A model generated the notes under the pieces. The model saw only the letters and a list, made by a program, of their open reading frames with translations. It ran no database searches and was not told the origin of the DNA. Both the position numbers and the translations under genes were made by a program. This document shows, piece by piece, positions 29,567-38,998 of a DNA stretch of 64,000 nt. The stretch comes from Deltaproteobacteria bacterium (GTDB lineage: Bacteria > Myxococcota > Kuafuiibacteriia > Kuafuiibacteriales > Kuafuiibacteriaceae). Every line of letters starts with the position of its first letter. The first letter of the stretch is position 1. Location: assembly GCA_040218735.1 (NCBI GenBank), contig JAVJQW010000057.1, forward strand, positions 64,001 to 128,000, given 5' to 3'.

Positions 29567-30174
29567 CGCCGGGCATCCAGCTGTCGACGGTCATCAGCGA
29601 CGGCGTCTTCGCCGCCGTGACGTTCGCCTGTGCGGTGAAGCTGATCTCGAAACGCAACGTCACGCGCACCTTCGGCGCGGCGTGCATGCTGTTCGTGGGG
29701 ATCGCGGCCGCGTTCGGCGCGGCGCGCTACGGCGGCGCGAACGTCGTCGTCTACCACGAGTCCCTGTCGTGGACGGCGCGCATGATCGCCATCCCGGTGA
29801 TGGGCGCGGTGTCATGCGCGCTCGCGTTCGGCTGGCAGCTCCCGCGCTACGGCTGGTACGGCATTGGCCTGGTCTTCGGCGCCGCGGGCTGGTTGCTCCC
29901 GCACCGCTTCGGCGTCCTCCCCTCCGCCGCGGGCATGGCCCTGTTCCTCCTCGGCGCAGCGCGCGTCTCGCGCGTGGACCGCCGCTCGGCGATCTTCGTC
30001 GTGGTCGGCGTCGTGCTCTACCTCGTCGCGGGGTTGGTGGTCGGGACCCACGGAGCGTACGGCCCCGTGCAGCGCGTGGACGTCTTCCACGTCATGCTGA
30101 CGATCGCGCACCCGCTGTTCACGTCCGCGATGATCGCCGCGGACCGCCGAACCGCCTCTTACAGGCTCGGGTAG
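29563..30174 (+). CDS. Integral membrane protein (DUF6962-like)
   Basis: ATGA overlap with the previous stop; about 7 TM helices; AAFGAARY and DVFH motifs. Confidence 0.7.
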   Translation: MTPGIQLSTVISDGVFAAVTFACAVKLISKRNVTRTFGAACMLFVGIAAAFGAARYGGANVVVYHESLSWTARMIAIPVMGAVSCALAFGWQLPRYGWYGIGLVFGAAGWLLPHRFGVLPSAAGMALFLLGAARVSRVDRRSAIFVVVGVVLYLVAGLVVGTHGAYGPVQRVDVFHVMLTIAHPLFTSAMIAADRRTASYRLG

Positions 30175-30479
30175 GTCTTGCTGCTGACCTCGCCGGTCGA
30201 CGCGTCGTAGACGAGGTCCTCCGGGTACGACAGGCCGACGCCCACCGCCGACAGCGACGCCGGTACCACGCCCTCGATCTGCTGGCTTCGCTTCACGGCG
30301 GCGCGGACCGACGCGAGGTCGACCGTGACCCGTGCCTTGTCCGGCTTTTCGAGGTTGGCGGGGGTATCCGGATCCACGGGCATCGTGCGCGCCGCGGGCG
30401 GGGACTCGGCCTTCTTCTCACACCCCGCCGCGAACGGCGGGGCGAGCAGCAGGGCGGCCGTCAGGAGGCCGCCCCGCAC
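30159..30479 (-). CDS. Small lipoprotein
   Basis: GTG start, lipobox AAGC; directly downstream of infC. Confidence 0.65.
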   Translation of the reverse strand: MRGGLLTAALLLAPPFAAGCEKKAESPPAARTMPVDPDTPANLEKPDKARVTVDLASVRAAVKRSQQIEGVVPASLSAVGVGLSYPEDLVYDASTGEVSSKTYPSL

Positions 30480-30486
30480 CGATCGA

Positions 30487-31233
30487 TCAAGCGTTGGCCG
30501 TCGCCTGTTCCTCACCGGAGTCCGCTCCATCATCCGAGCCGTTGTCCTCGGTGTCCGCGTCCTCGGCAGCGGCCAATGCGGCGTCATCGGGGGCCTCCTC
30601 GGCCTTGCCTTTGCCGTCCTTCGCCTTCTTGGCCTCCTCTTCGGCGGCCTCCTTGGCGAGCTTCTTCTTGATCGCTTCGACCTTGTTCTTGTCCGGCGCG
30701 AGCACCATCGAGCACTGGCGCCCCGACATCTGCGGCGGCGTCTGCACACGGGCGACGTCGGACAGCGATTCGGCCATCTTCTGGAGGCGCTCGAATCCGA
30801 TCTCGGTGTGCGCCATCTCGCGACCGCGGAAGCGCTGCACCACGATCACCGGGTGCCCATCGAGGATGAACTTGCGGGCCTGTCGTTCGCGGAGCTGGAC
30901 GTCGTGGACGTCGATCTTCACGGAGCGACCGAGGCGTACTTCCTTCGGCTCGTTCTGTGGCTTCGCCTTCGACTGACTCTTCTTCTTGGACTGCTGGTAC
31001 TTGTACTTACCGTAGTCCATGATCTTGCAGAGCGGTGGCCTCGCGTCCGCACGGATCTCGACGAGATCCAGTCCGGCCTCCTCGGCCTTGCGTAGCGCTT
31101 CATCGCGTTCGATGACGCCGATCTGCTGATTGTTCTCATCCACGACGCGCAGCGGCGAAACGCGGATTTCGTGGTTCTTGCGAGGCCCGCGATCACGCGG
31201 CACTCTCCCCACGAACCTCTTCTTCCTTCGGAT
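30487..31233 (-). CDS. infC: Translation initiation factor IF-3, probable non-canonical ATC start, acidic C-terminal extension
   Basis: NHEIR...GLDLVEI...PPLCKIMDYGKYKY, KEVRL, FRGREMAH; GGGAG Shine-Dalgarno 7 nt upstream of an in-frame ATC. Confidence 0.93.
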   Translation of the reverse strand: MRRKKRFVGRVPRDRGPRKNHEIRVSPLRVVDENNQQIGVIERDEALRKAEEAGLDLVEIRADARPPLCKIMDYGKYKYQQSKKKSQSKAKPQNEPKEVRLGRSVKIDVHDVQLRERQARKFILDGHPVIVVQRFRGREMAHTEIGFERLQKMAESLSDVARVQTPPQMSGRQCSMVLAPDKNKVEAIKKKLAKEAAEEEAKKAKDGKGKAEEAPDDAALAAAEDADTEDNGSDDGADSGEEQATANA

Positions 31234-31446
31234 GGCTCTTCTCCCTTCCTCACGCCACTTGCGTCCGGACGCGAGGGTCTTCGATGCTAACAGAGCCCCC
31301 CGGGTTTGCCTACACCCGGCGGGGGAACGCGGCGCGCAATCGAGCACGACCGCCCCCCTCGTGTAAAGTGCCAAGGGCATGGGAACGCGCGGACGGTTGC
31401 TTTACGAGGTCGTTGCGCTAGCATGGCCGGCGCTTCGGCAATCCCG

Positions 31447-34002
31447 ATGAGTGTCCAATACGAAGGCGAGCGACCACCCCGCTCTTGGATGGTGCGGATC
31501 TTCCGGTTCGTCGTGTTCTCGAGCCTCGTCGCCGGTGTCGTCGGGCTCGTCGTGGGCCTGATCGCCTACGGCATCTTCGCGCAGGAAATCCCGGACTTCG
31601 AGTCGCTCGACGACTACCGACCCAAGCTCGTCACCCAGATCTACGACCAGTCCGGGCAGACGATCGGCGAGGTGTTCAAGGAACGGCGCGTCGTCGTCCC
31701 GTACGACCACCTGCCCCCACGTCTCGTGCAGGCGTTCCTCGCCTCCGAGGACGATCGCTTCTTCGAGCACTCCGGCATCGACTACTGGGGCATCGTCCGC
31801 GCCGCGTGGGCCAACCTCAAGGCCGGCCGCGTCGTGCAGGGCGGCTCGACGGTCACGCAGCAGGTCGCCAAGTCGCTGATCATCTCCGAGGAGGGGTACA
31901 AGGCCGGCTCCGCGAAGAAGCTGTCCCGCAAGATCAAGGAGGCGATCCTCGCGCGGCGCCTGGAGAAGAAGCTCTCCAAGCAGGACATCCTGACGCTCTA
32001 CCTCAACCAGATCTTCCTCGGGAACCAGGCCTACGGCGTCCAGTCCGCGGCCGAGTACTACTTCCGGAAAGACGTCGCGGACCTGAACGTCGCGGAGATC
32101 GCGCTGCTCGCCGGCCTGCCGCAGGCGCCGTCGCGGTACTCCCCGTTCTTACACCCCAAGCGCGCGAAGTCGCGCCGCGAGTACGTGCTGCGACGCATGC
32201 TCGAGGAGGGCATCATCACCGAGACCGAGCTCCTCGAGGCCAAGGAGACGCCGATCGTCGTCTACTACGCGCCGAACGTGTCGCGCGAGGTGACGCCGTA
32301 CTTCACCGAGCACGTCCGCCGCGAGCTGTTCGAGCGCTTCGACGAAAAGCAGGTCCTCACGGGCGGGCTGCAGGTCTACACGACGGTCGACGCCGAGCGG
32401 TACCGCGCCGCCGAGGACTCCGTGTACGACAACCTCCGCATGGTCGACAAACGCCAGGGCTACCGCGGCCCGCTGGCGCGCATCCCGACCAAGGAGGGGC
32501 GCGACAAGTTCCTGGAGGCCTACAGCGAGGAGCTGCGACACCTCGACCGCTACGCCAAGCTCGAGGACGGCGAGCTGTACGTCGGGATGATCACGAAGGT
32601 CGACCGCAAGTCGAACAACATCGCGGTGAAGATCGGACCGCACGACGCGATCCTCCCGCTCGCCACGATGCGTTGGGCGCGCAGCGTCGACCCGCAGGTT
32701 TGGTTCGAGCGCGGCCTCAACGACAAGATCCCGAAGAAGCGCCGAGAGGACGGCAAGTGGGTGAAGGCCTTCGAGCGCGGTGACCTCCTCCTCGTCCGCA
32801 CCACGACGATGGAGGTGATCAAGAAGGATCGCTACGCGTACCCGTACCTCAAGTCGATCCCCAAGGACGCCGGACAGCTCGTCGCGCTCGAGCAGGAGCC
32901 GAACCTCGAGACGGCCCTCCTCTCCGTCCACTCCGAGAGCGGCTACGTGATGGCGATGATCGGCGGCTACGCGTTCGACCGCAGCGAGTTCAACCGCGCG
33001 CTGCAGGCGTGCCGGCAGCCGGGATCTTCGTTCAAGCCGGTGGTGTACAGCGCGGCGCTCGCGCTCAAGGGCTGGACCGCCTCGACCAAGGTGCTCGACG
33101 CCCCCGTCGCGTTCGACGACCCCGAGGCGAAGCGCCGCTGGAAGCCGAGCAACTTCGACGTGAAGTTCATGGGCGAGGTCACGCTGCGGACCGCGCTGCA
33201 GAACTCGATGAACATCCCGGCCATCCGTGTCCTGGACGCGGTCGGCCTCGACGAAGCGATCACCTACGCGAAGCGCCTCGGCATCAAGAGCGAGCTGCGG
33301 CCCGAGCTGGGGCTCGCGCTCGGCGCGTCGTGTGTGACGATGGGTGAGCTCGCGAACGTCTACCAGCTGTTCGCCAACTACGGTCGGCGCGTCCCGCGCC
33401 GGTTCATCACCCGCGTGGTCGATCGCGACGGAAAGGTCCTCTTCGACGGCGGTTGGTACGGCGACCCGTGGTCGGGCGTCGCGCTCAAGATCGAGCGCGC
33501 GGTGCGGGAGACGGACGAGCCGCCGGAGCAGGTCATCGAGGAGCAGGTCGGCTTCCTCACCACGAAGCTCATGCGCAATGTGGTCCTCGGCGGCACCGGC
33601 ACCGGCGCGCAGCGCATCGGGGTACCGGTCGCGGGCAAGACCGGGACGACGAACGACAGCTTCGACGCCTGGTTCGTCGGCTTCACCACGGAGATCACCA
33701 CCGCGGCGTGGGTCGGCTACGACGACTACGTCATCCCGATGGGCCGCTACGAACAGGGCGGCCGCGCGGCGCTCCCGGTGTGGGTCGACTACATGAAGGC
33801 GGCGGTGAAGAAGAAGACCGACGAGTTCGAGCCTCCGGAGGACATCGTGTTCGTGCGCATCGACCCGAAGACCGGCATGCGCGCGCGCGCCGACACCGTG
33901 GGCTCGGTGCGTGAGGCGTACCGACGCGGGAGTGAACCCGAAGAGTTCGTCGCGAAGGCCGGTGAAGCGCGGCCCGACGAGTTCTTCATGCTCGACAACT
34001 GA
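31447..34002 (+). CDS. mrcA: Penicillin-binding protein 1A (class A PBP)
   Basis: Transglycosylase EDDRFFEHSG, QGGSTVTQQ, RKIKE, YLNQIFLG; transpeptidase QPGSSFKP, SMN, KTGT. Confidence 0.93.
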   Translation: MSVQYEGERPPRSWMVRIFRFVVFSSLVAGVVGLVVGLIAYGIFAQEIPDFESLDDYRPKLVTQIYDQSGQTIGEVFKERRVVVPYDHLPPRLVQAFLASEDDRFFEHSGIDYWGIVRAAWANLKAGRVVQGGSTVTQQVAKSLIISEEGYKAGSAKKLSRKIKEAILARRLEKKLSKQDILTLYLNQIFLGNQAYGVQSAAEYYFRKDVADLNVAEIALLAGLPQAPSRYSPFLHPKRAKSRREYVLRRMLEEGIITETELLEAKETPIVVYYAPNVSREVTPYFTEHVRRELFERFDEKQVLTGGLQVYTTVDAERYRAAEDSVYDNLRMVDKRQGYRGPLARIPTKEGRDKFLEAYSEELRHLDRYAKLEDGELYVGMITKVDRKSNNIAVKIGPHDAILPLATMRWARSVDPQVWFERGLNDKIPKKRREDGKWVKAFERGDLLLVRTTTMEVIKKDRYAYPYLKSIPKDAGQLVALEQEPNLETALLSVHSESGYVMAMIGGYAFDRSEFNRALQACRQPGSSFKPVVYSAALALKGWTASTKVLDAPVAFDDPEAKRRWKPSNFDVKFMGEVTLRTALQNSMNIPAIRVLDAVGLDEAITYAKRLGIKSELRPELGLALGASCVTMGELANVYQLFANYGRRVPRRFITRVVDRDGKVLFDGGWYGDPWSGVALKIERAVRETDEPPEQVIEEQVGFLTTKLMRNVVLGGTGTGAQRIGVPVAGKTGTTNDSFDAWFVGFTTEITTAAWVGYDDYVIPMGRYEQGGRAALPVWVDYMKAAVKKKTDEFEPPEDIVFVRIDPKTGMRARADTVGSVREAYRRGSEPEEFVAKAGEARPDEFFMLDN

Positions 34003-34799
34003 TGCTCCGCCGGGACACCAGGTTCGAAGCGCGCCGCGCGGCGGAGCGTCCCCCGGGCGGCGGCGGCCGTTCGCGTCGGATCGAGATGATCCAGTACGAG
34101 GAGGACGTCCCGCTGGTCGACCACAAGGGTCGCAGCAAGCCGCTCTACAAGGCGTCGCGCCCGAAGCCCGCGTCCTGGCGCCCCTCGCGCTTCACGCGTC
34201 TGATCCTCGGCTTGTTCCCCGGCGTCCGCGCGATGGCGCTCGCCGACATGAAGAACGGGCTGTTCTACGCCCTCCCCGGCATCGCGGTCGCGGTGACGGC
34301 GGTGCTGCTCTTCAACGCGTGGGCGAAGAGCTACGAGACGTTCCAGGTCCTCGCGATGAAGGAGAAGTGGCTCCTGTACCACGCCGCGGCGTTGCTCGGT
34401 GCGGTGCTGCTGTTCGAGCTCCTCCGCATGCTCGCCGCGCTCGACGAGAACATCCGCGGGCCCAGCGCGCCGCGCGCCCTCGCGGCGTTGTTCGTGCCGA
34501 GCCTCGCGGTCCTCTACGCCGCGCCGAAGGTCGTCAGCTTCTGGCCGCGCCTCGTCGAAGCCGCTGCGCTCGCCAGCGGCGTGCTCCTCCTCGGCGCCCT
34601 CCCCGCCGCGGTGTGGTCGATCGGTATGGCGTTCGCGCGCTCACCGCGCGCCGAGAAGATCTTGCGATGGACGTGCGTGGGCATCGGCGCGGTCGGCTTC
34701 CTCGCGGCTGGCGTCGTGTTCACGACGATGGGCGACACGGTGGCCGCTGCGCTCACGCGACGCGGCTTCGAAGTGCTCCCCGCGCTCCTCCTCGGCTAG
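34002..34799 (+). CDS. Hypothetical membrane protein
   Basis: TGATG overlap with the PBP1A stop; about 5-6 TM helices. Confidence 0.7.
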   Translation: MLRRDTRFEARRAAERPPGGGGRSRRIEMIQYEEDVPLVDHKGRSKPLYKASRPKPASWRPSRFTRLILGLFPGVRAMALADMKNGLFYALPGIAVAVTAVLLFNAWAKSYETFQVLAMKEKWLLYHAAALLGAVLLFELLRMLAALDENIRGPSAPRALAALFVPSLAVLYAAPKVVSFWPRLVEAAALASGVLLLGALPAAVWSIGMAFARSPRAEKILRWTCVGIGAVGFLAAGVVFTTMGDTVAAALTRRGFEVLPALLLG

Positions 34800-34807
34800 T
34801 CACCTGA

Positions 34808-35854
34808 CTAGCGCTTGGCCTTCCGCCCCTGGATCCGCGTGCGCACCTCGCCGTGGACGAGGTCCAGGACGTTGTCGCTCCGCAGGAAGTCGTTCGGGAA
34901 CAACAGCGGCGCCTCGCTGAGCGCGTCGAGCTTCGCGACGTGCTCCGGCGTGAGCTCGACGTCGACGCAGCCGAGGGAGTCGGTGATCTGCTCGACCTTC
35001 CGCGCGCCGACGATCGGGATGTAGCGGTAGCCGCGGCTCCGCACCCACGCGAGCGCGACCTGCGCGGACGTCTTGCCGAGCTCGTCGGCGGTCGCGTCGA
35101 CGGCGCGGGCGATCGTCAGGTTCTTCTCCGAAGTACGGCCGCGCGCTTCGTTCGAGCCCTTCCTCAACGAGTCGACGTCCGTGCCCCGGGTGTATTTGCC
35201 GGTGAGCACGCCGCCGCCGAGGGGGCCCCACGCGACGACGGAGAGATCGAAGTGGTCACTCATCGCGAGGAGCTCTTGCTCCACCGTGCGCTGCAGCAGG
35301 CTGTACTCGATCTGCAGGCCGACGTACTGCGTCCAGCCGCGCAGCTCCGCGAGGACGTTGCTCGCCGAGACGACCCATGCCGGCGTGTCACTCACGCCGA
35401 CGTAGAGGACCTTGCCCGAGCGCACGAGATCGTCGAGCCCGCGCATCGTCTCCTCGAACGGGGTGTACGGATCCCAGGCGTGCACCCACAGCAGATCGAT
35501 GTAGTCGGTGCGCAGCCGCTTCAAGCTCCCCTCGACCGCGCGCACCAGGTTCTTGCGCTGGTTGCCGGCGCTGTTCGGGTCAGCGTGGTCCATCGCGAGG
35601 GTGTACTTCGTCGCGACGACCTGGCCGTCCCGCTTGCCCTCGAGCCACCGGCCCACGATCTCTTCGGTCTCGCCGTTGTGGTACTTGTTCGCGGTGTCGA
35701 GGAAGTTGCCGCCCGCCTCGGCGTAGGCGTCGAGGACGGCGTGGCTGGTCTTCTCGTCCGCGCCGAAGCCCCAGTCTTCGCCGAAGCTCATCGTGCCGAG
35801 GCAGACCTCGCTGACGCGGAGGCCGGATTTTCCAAGGAGTCGATAGTCGAGCAT
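34808..35854 (-). CDS. Aldo/keto reductase
   Basis: GLRVSEVCLGTM, NFLDTANKY, SLKRLRTDYIDL, WGPLGGG, PIVGAR. Confidence 0.95.
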   Translation of the reverse strand: MLDYRLLGKSGLRVSEVCLGTMSFGEDWGFGADEKTSHAVLDAYAEAGGNFLDTANKYHNGETEEIVGRWLEGKRDGQVVATKYTLAMDHADPNSAGNQRKNLVRAVEGSLKRLRTDYIDLLWVHAWDPYTPFEETMRGLDDLVRSGKVLYVGVSDTPAWVVSASNVLAELRGWTQYVGLQIEYSLLQRTVEQELLAMSDHFDLSVVAWGPLGGGVLTGKYTRGTDVDSLRKGSNEARGRTSEKNLTIARAVDATADELGKTSAQVALAWVRSRGYRYIPIVGARKVEQITDSLGCVDVELTPEHVAKLDALSEAPLLFPNDFLRSDNVLDLVHGEVRTRIQGRKAKR

Positions 35855-36050
35855 CGGCCCCTCGAATCACCTCGCGGGGGGCCGTGCAACCCGGACCGCG
35901 CGTGCGTCCGGCCGACCGGACCGCGGTCTCGTTTCCGACGGGACAAACGGCCGCTTCGAGCGGGGTCGGCGCGGATCCGATCCGGGGGCGGCGTCGTAAC
36001 GTGACTGGACGAACCGTCGTAGTCCACCTTACCTTGGAGTACCTTCCCTG

Positions 36051-38063
36051 ATGAGCTCGTCGATCCAGCCCCAGCAGCCCCGTGTCCCCATTCCGGCCGT
36101 CGAGCTGAAGCCGATCGAGCCGCCGTCGAACAGCGTGGTGCAGGCTGCGGTGTCGGCGCCGGGCTTCGGGCCGGTCGTTTTCGCGCACACCGCCGAGGCG
36201 CAGTCGGTGCGGTCGACGCTGTACGGAGTCGGGCAGCAGATCGCCGGTGCGATCCGCGGCGCGAACGATCTGGGCGGGAAGACCTCGTACACCCAAGTGC
36301 TGAGCCGGCTGCGCAGCCTCGAGAAGGCGTTCAGCTCGAACGCGCTCTCCGGGGCCTGGTTGCAAGGCACGTTGACGCACGAGGAGCAGTGGGCGACCGG
36401 CCTCGACTTCGGTCGGTCGCTCCGCGCGCTGTCGCAAGCCATGGCGGGGGCGATGGACAAGCTGACCCCCGCGCAGCAGACGGAGATCGAAGCGCAGTTC
36501 AAGAGCCTTCGCTCCGCGATGGCGGACGGCGTCGGTGCGCTGCCGAGCGTCCGGCTCCCGCCGCCGCTCGCGACGACGAACGCCCAGGGGATGCGGCTCG
36601 AGACCAACGACGTCGAGCTGCTGAAGTTCGCGGCTTCGGTGCCGAAGGAGCTGTCGCCGATCCTGCAGGAGATCCTGCACGCGAACCCGGGTGACCCGAT
36701 GAACGTGCTCGATATCCTCGCGGCGAAGGACGAGCCGCTGGTGGAGCTGAAGCGCCTCGCGCTGATGTTCGGCCCGGGCGACGCCAAGGAGCTGCGCGCG
36801 AACCTGAGCGGCGACCTCGGCTACCGCGGCGCGACGATCGAGTCGGACGCCAAGTCGCTGCTCGACGGCTTCGGCGTGAAGGACACGGAGCCGCTCTTCG
36901 ACATGTACGCGACCGCGCGTGAGGCGTTCAAACGTGGCGCGGCGGGTGCGGAGGGTGTCGACGGCAACTCGATGGATCAGCCGGGCTGGATCCACACCCG
37001 CCTCGAGATGCCGCACAGCATGGAGAGCCTCGGCGTGGTGCAAGACGCCTTGCCGGCGGATCAGCAGAGCGCGGTGAATTGGCCGCGCCTCGCGAAGTCG
37101 GTGTGGTTGGGGACGCTCGGGTCCGACCTGTTCAAGAAGCAGGGGCTGCAGAGCGTGCTGACCCACAACCGCGACGGCGCGGAGCTGATGGTGCCGCTGC
37201 TCGCGGCGCGACACCTCGGTGACCTCGACGAGCCGGAGAACCACGTCGTCGTGAGCCAGGGGAAGCGGTTCGCGCACGACCACCAGATCATGCCGGCGGA
37301 CATGATGGCGATGATCGCGAACCTCGAGTACGGCTTCGGTCGTGAGGACACCGCGTCGCTCCGCGCGAAGATCGCGGACCCGTTCGCGGCGCCGAGCAAG
37401 AACGGCGAGCTGATCTTCGACGACGCGGAGCAAGCTCTGTTGCGCGAGAAGGGCATCTCGGGCTGGGCGGTGCCGTCGGCCGAGGGTGACATCGAGCGCC
37501 TCGTCGGTGGCCTCGCGGTCATCCTCGGCGACGCGATGCAGTACGGCAGCTCCGACGCCGGCTACAAGTACGCGGTGTCGCTGCGCGGGCCGGACACGTT
37601 CCTTCACAACCCGATCATCTCCTCGCGTGCGTTCGAGCAGCTCCACCCCGACCGGATGGGTGAGCTGGAGGCGGGGGCGAGCATCGAGGACCAGCGCGGC
37701 GGGCTCGAGTCCGCGTTCGACGGGAGCCACGCCGACTGCATCGCGACGTTGAAGAAGGGTGAGTCGGTGTTCGGCGCGCACCTCGCGAACGCGGCGGCGC
37801 AGCACCTCGACCAGGCGCGGGAGCGGTTCGCCGCGCGCATCCCCGAGGTGACGAAGTTCGTGGACGAGCGCGTCCGCGCGCAGACCGGGGATCGGCCGGT
37901 GCACTACTGGGACACGTTGGTCCCGCCGGTGCCGAAGGGTGAAAAGCTCGCGCCCGAGGTCGAGGCCGATGTGAAGCTGGTGAAGGAGGCATTCGCGGCG
38001 GCGATCGACGAGCTGTTCCAGGTGCCGCCGAAGCCGTTCGAGCTGGAAGGGAGCGCGAAGTGA
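36051..38063 (+). CDS. Hypothetical protein, possible degenerate HD-superfamily domain
   Basis: PHS...GSDLFK...THNRDGA...HDH...GDAMQ pattern; Pro/Gln-rich N-terminus; no signal peptide. Confidence 0.7.
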   Translation: MSSSIQPQQPRVPIPAVELKPIEPPSNSVVQAAVSAPGFGPVVFAHTAEAQSVRSTLYGVGQQIAGAIRGANDLGGKTSYTQVLSRLRSLEKAFSSNALSGAWLQGTLTHEEQWATGLDFGRSLRALSQAMAGAMDKLTPAQQTEIEAQFKSLRSAMADGVGALPSVRLPPPLATTNAQGMRLETNDVELLKFAASVPKELSPILQEILHANPGDPMNVLDILAAKDEPLVELKRLALMFGPGDAKELRANLSGDLGYRGATIESDAKSLLDGFGVKDTEPLFDMYATAREAFKRGAAGAEGVDGNSMDQPGWIHTRLEMPHSMESLGVVQDALPADQQSAVNWPRLAKSVWLGTLGSDLFKKQGLQSVLTHNRDGAELMVPLLAARHLGDLDEPENHVVVSQGKRFAHDHQIMPADMMAMIANLEYGFGREDTASLRAKIADPFAAPSKNGELIFDDAEQALLREKGISGWAVPSAEGDIERLVGGLAVILGDAMQYGSSDAGYKYAVSLRGPDTFLHNPIISSRAFEQLHPDRMGELEAGASIEDQRGGLESAFDGSHADCIATLKKGESVFGAHLANAAAQHLDQARERFAARIPEVTKFVDERVRAQTGDRPVHYWDTLVPPVPKGEKLAPEVEADVKLVKEAFAAAIDELFQVPPKPFELEGSAK

Positions 38064-38230
38064 TGACGAACCTCGAAGAACTCACGACCGAAGAGCTGAG
38101 GACGAAGCAAGAGGTGTTGTCGTCCGCAGGCACGCAGGCGGCGGCGCACGGCGTCGAGTTGCCCGAGACCGCGCGCGACGAGTACGATCGCATTACGGCG
38201 GAGCTGTTGCGGCGGAGAGCCGCGAGCTGA
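38063..38230 (+). CDS. 55-aa small helical protein (below the ORF-track cutoff)
   Basis: TGATG overlap with the upstream stop, GGGAG RBS; MTNLEELTTEELRTKQEVL...ELLRRRAAS. Confidence 0.65.
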   Translation: MTNLEELTTEELRTKQEVLSSAGTQAAAHGVELPETARDEYDRITAELLRRRAAS

Positions 38231-38288
38231 ACGAATTCCGGAGGCGTTCGCCTTGACCGCGTGAAGTCGGCTTCGCCAACGTGAACGT

Positions 38289-38591
38289 ATGGCCGACGAG
38301 CTGACGACGCAGATCCTCATCGAGATCCGCGACGCGACCCGCGCGACGAACGAGCGCCTGGACCGCGCCGTGGAGCGCCTGGACGGGCGCCTCGACGAGA
38401 CGAACCAGCGTCTGGATCAGACCAACGAGCGCCTGGGTATCCTCGCCAAGCTCACGCAGAGCATCGACGGCCGCCTCGAGAAGATCGAGGCGCGCGAGCC
38501 CGACCGGCTCTTCCTCCCGCGCCGCGTCGACCGCCTCGAAGCCGACCGCGACGATCACGAGGCCCGGCTCGCTGCGCTCGAGCGCGGTTGA
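38289..38591 (+). CDS. Small coiled-coil protein
   Basis: Heptad repeats TNERLDR/AVERLDG/TNQRLDQ/TNERL. Confidence 0.75.
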   Translation: MADELTTQILIEIRDATRATNERLDRAVERLDGRLDETNQRLDQTNERLGILAKLTQSIDGRLEKIEAREPDRLFLPRRVDRLEADRDDHEARLAALERG

Positions 38592-38633
38592 ACGCTTGCC
38601 TCCCGCGATCGGCGGACATAGCCTCCGCCGCCG

Positions 38634-38888
38634 ATGAACACCCGTACCCTCTTCGTCCTCGGCCTGTTCGGCGCCACTTTGGCCTGCGCCTCCCTCGACT
38701 CCGCCGCGAACAGCGGATCCGACATGGCCAAGAAGAACCTCGGTCACACGGACACGGCGACGAAGGCCGCCGTCGTCGACGAGAAGAAGGAAGCCGCCGA
38801 CATGGAGAAGGCCGCCGAGTCCGGGATGGAGAACGCCGAGGAGACGACCGAGGCGGAGACCGAGGCCGGCGCCGACAGCGGCGAATGA
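38634..38888 (+). CDS. Small acidic lipoprotein
   Basis: Signal peptide with lipobox TLAC; Glu/Ala-rich tail. Confidence 0.7.
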   Translation: MNTRTLFVLGLFGATLACASLDSAANSGSDMAKKNLGHTDTATKAAVVDEKKEAADMEKAAESGMENAEETTEAETEAGADSGE

Positions 38889-38998
38889 ATCGGGAGCCCC
38901 CTTACTCCTCCTGAATTCTCGGAGCGTGGGGCGCGGCGCAATTCGCGCCTACCGAGTTTCGGTGACGATCGCGCATCCCTGCGCTACAACCTCCTTCG

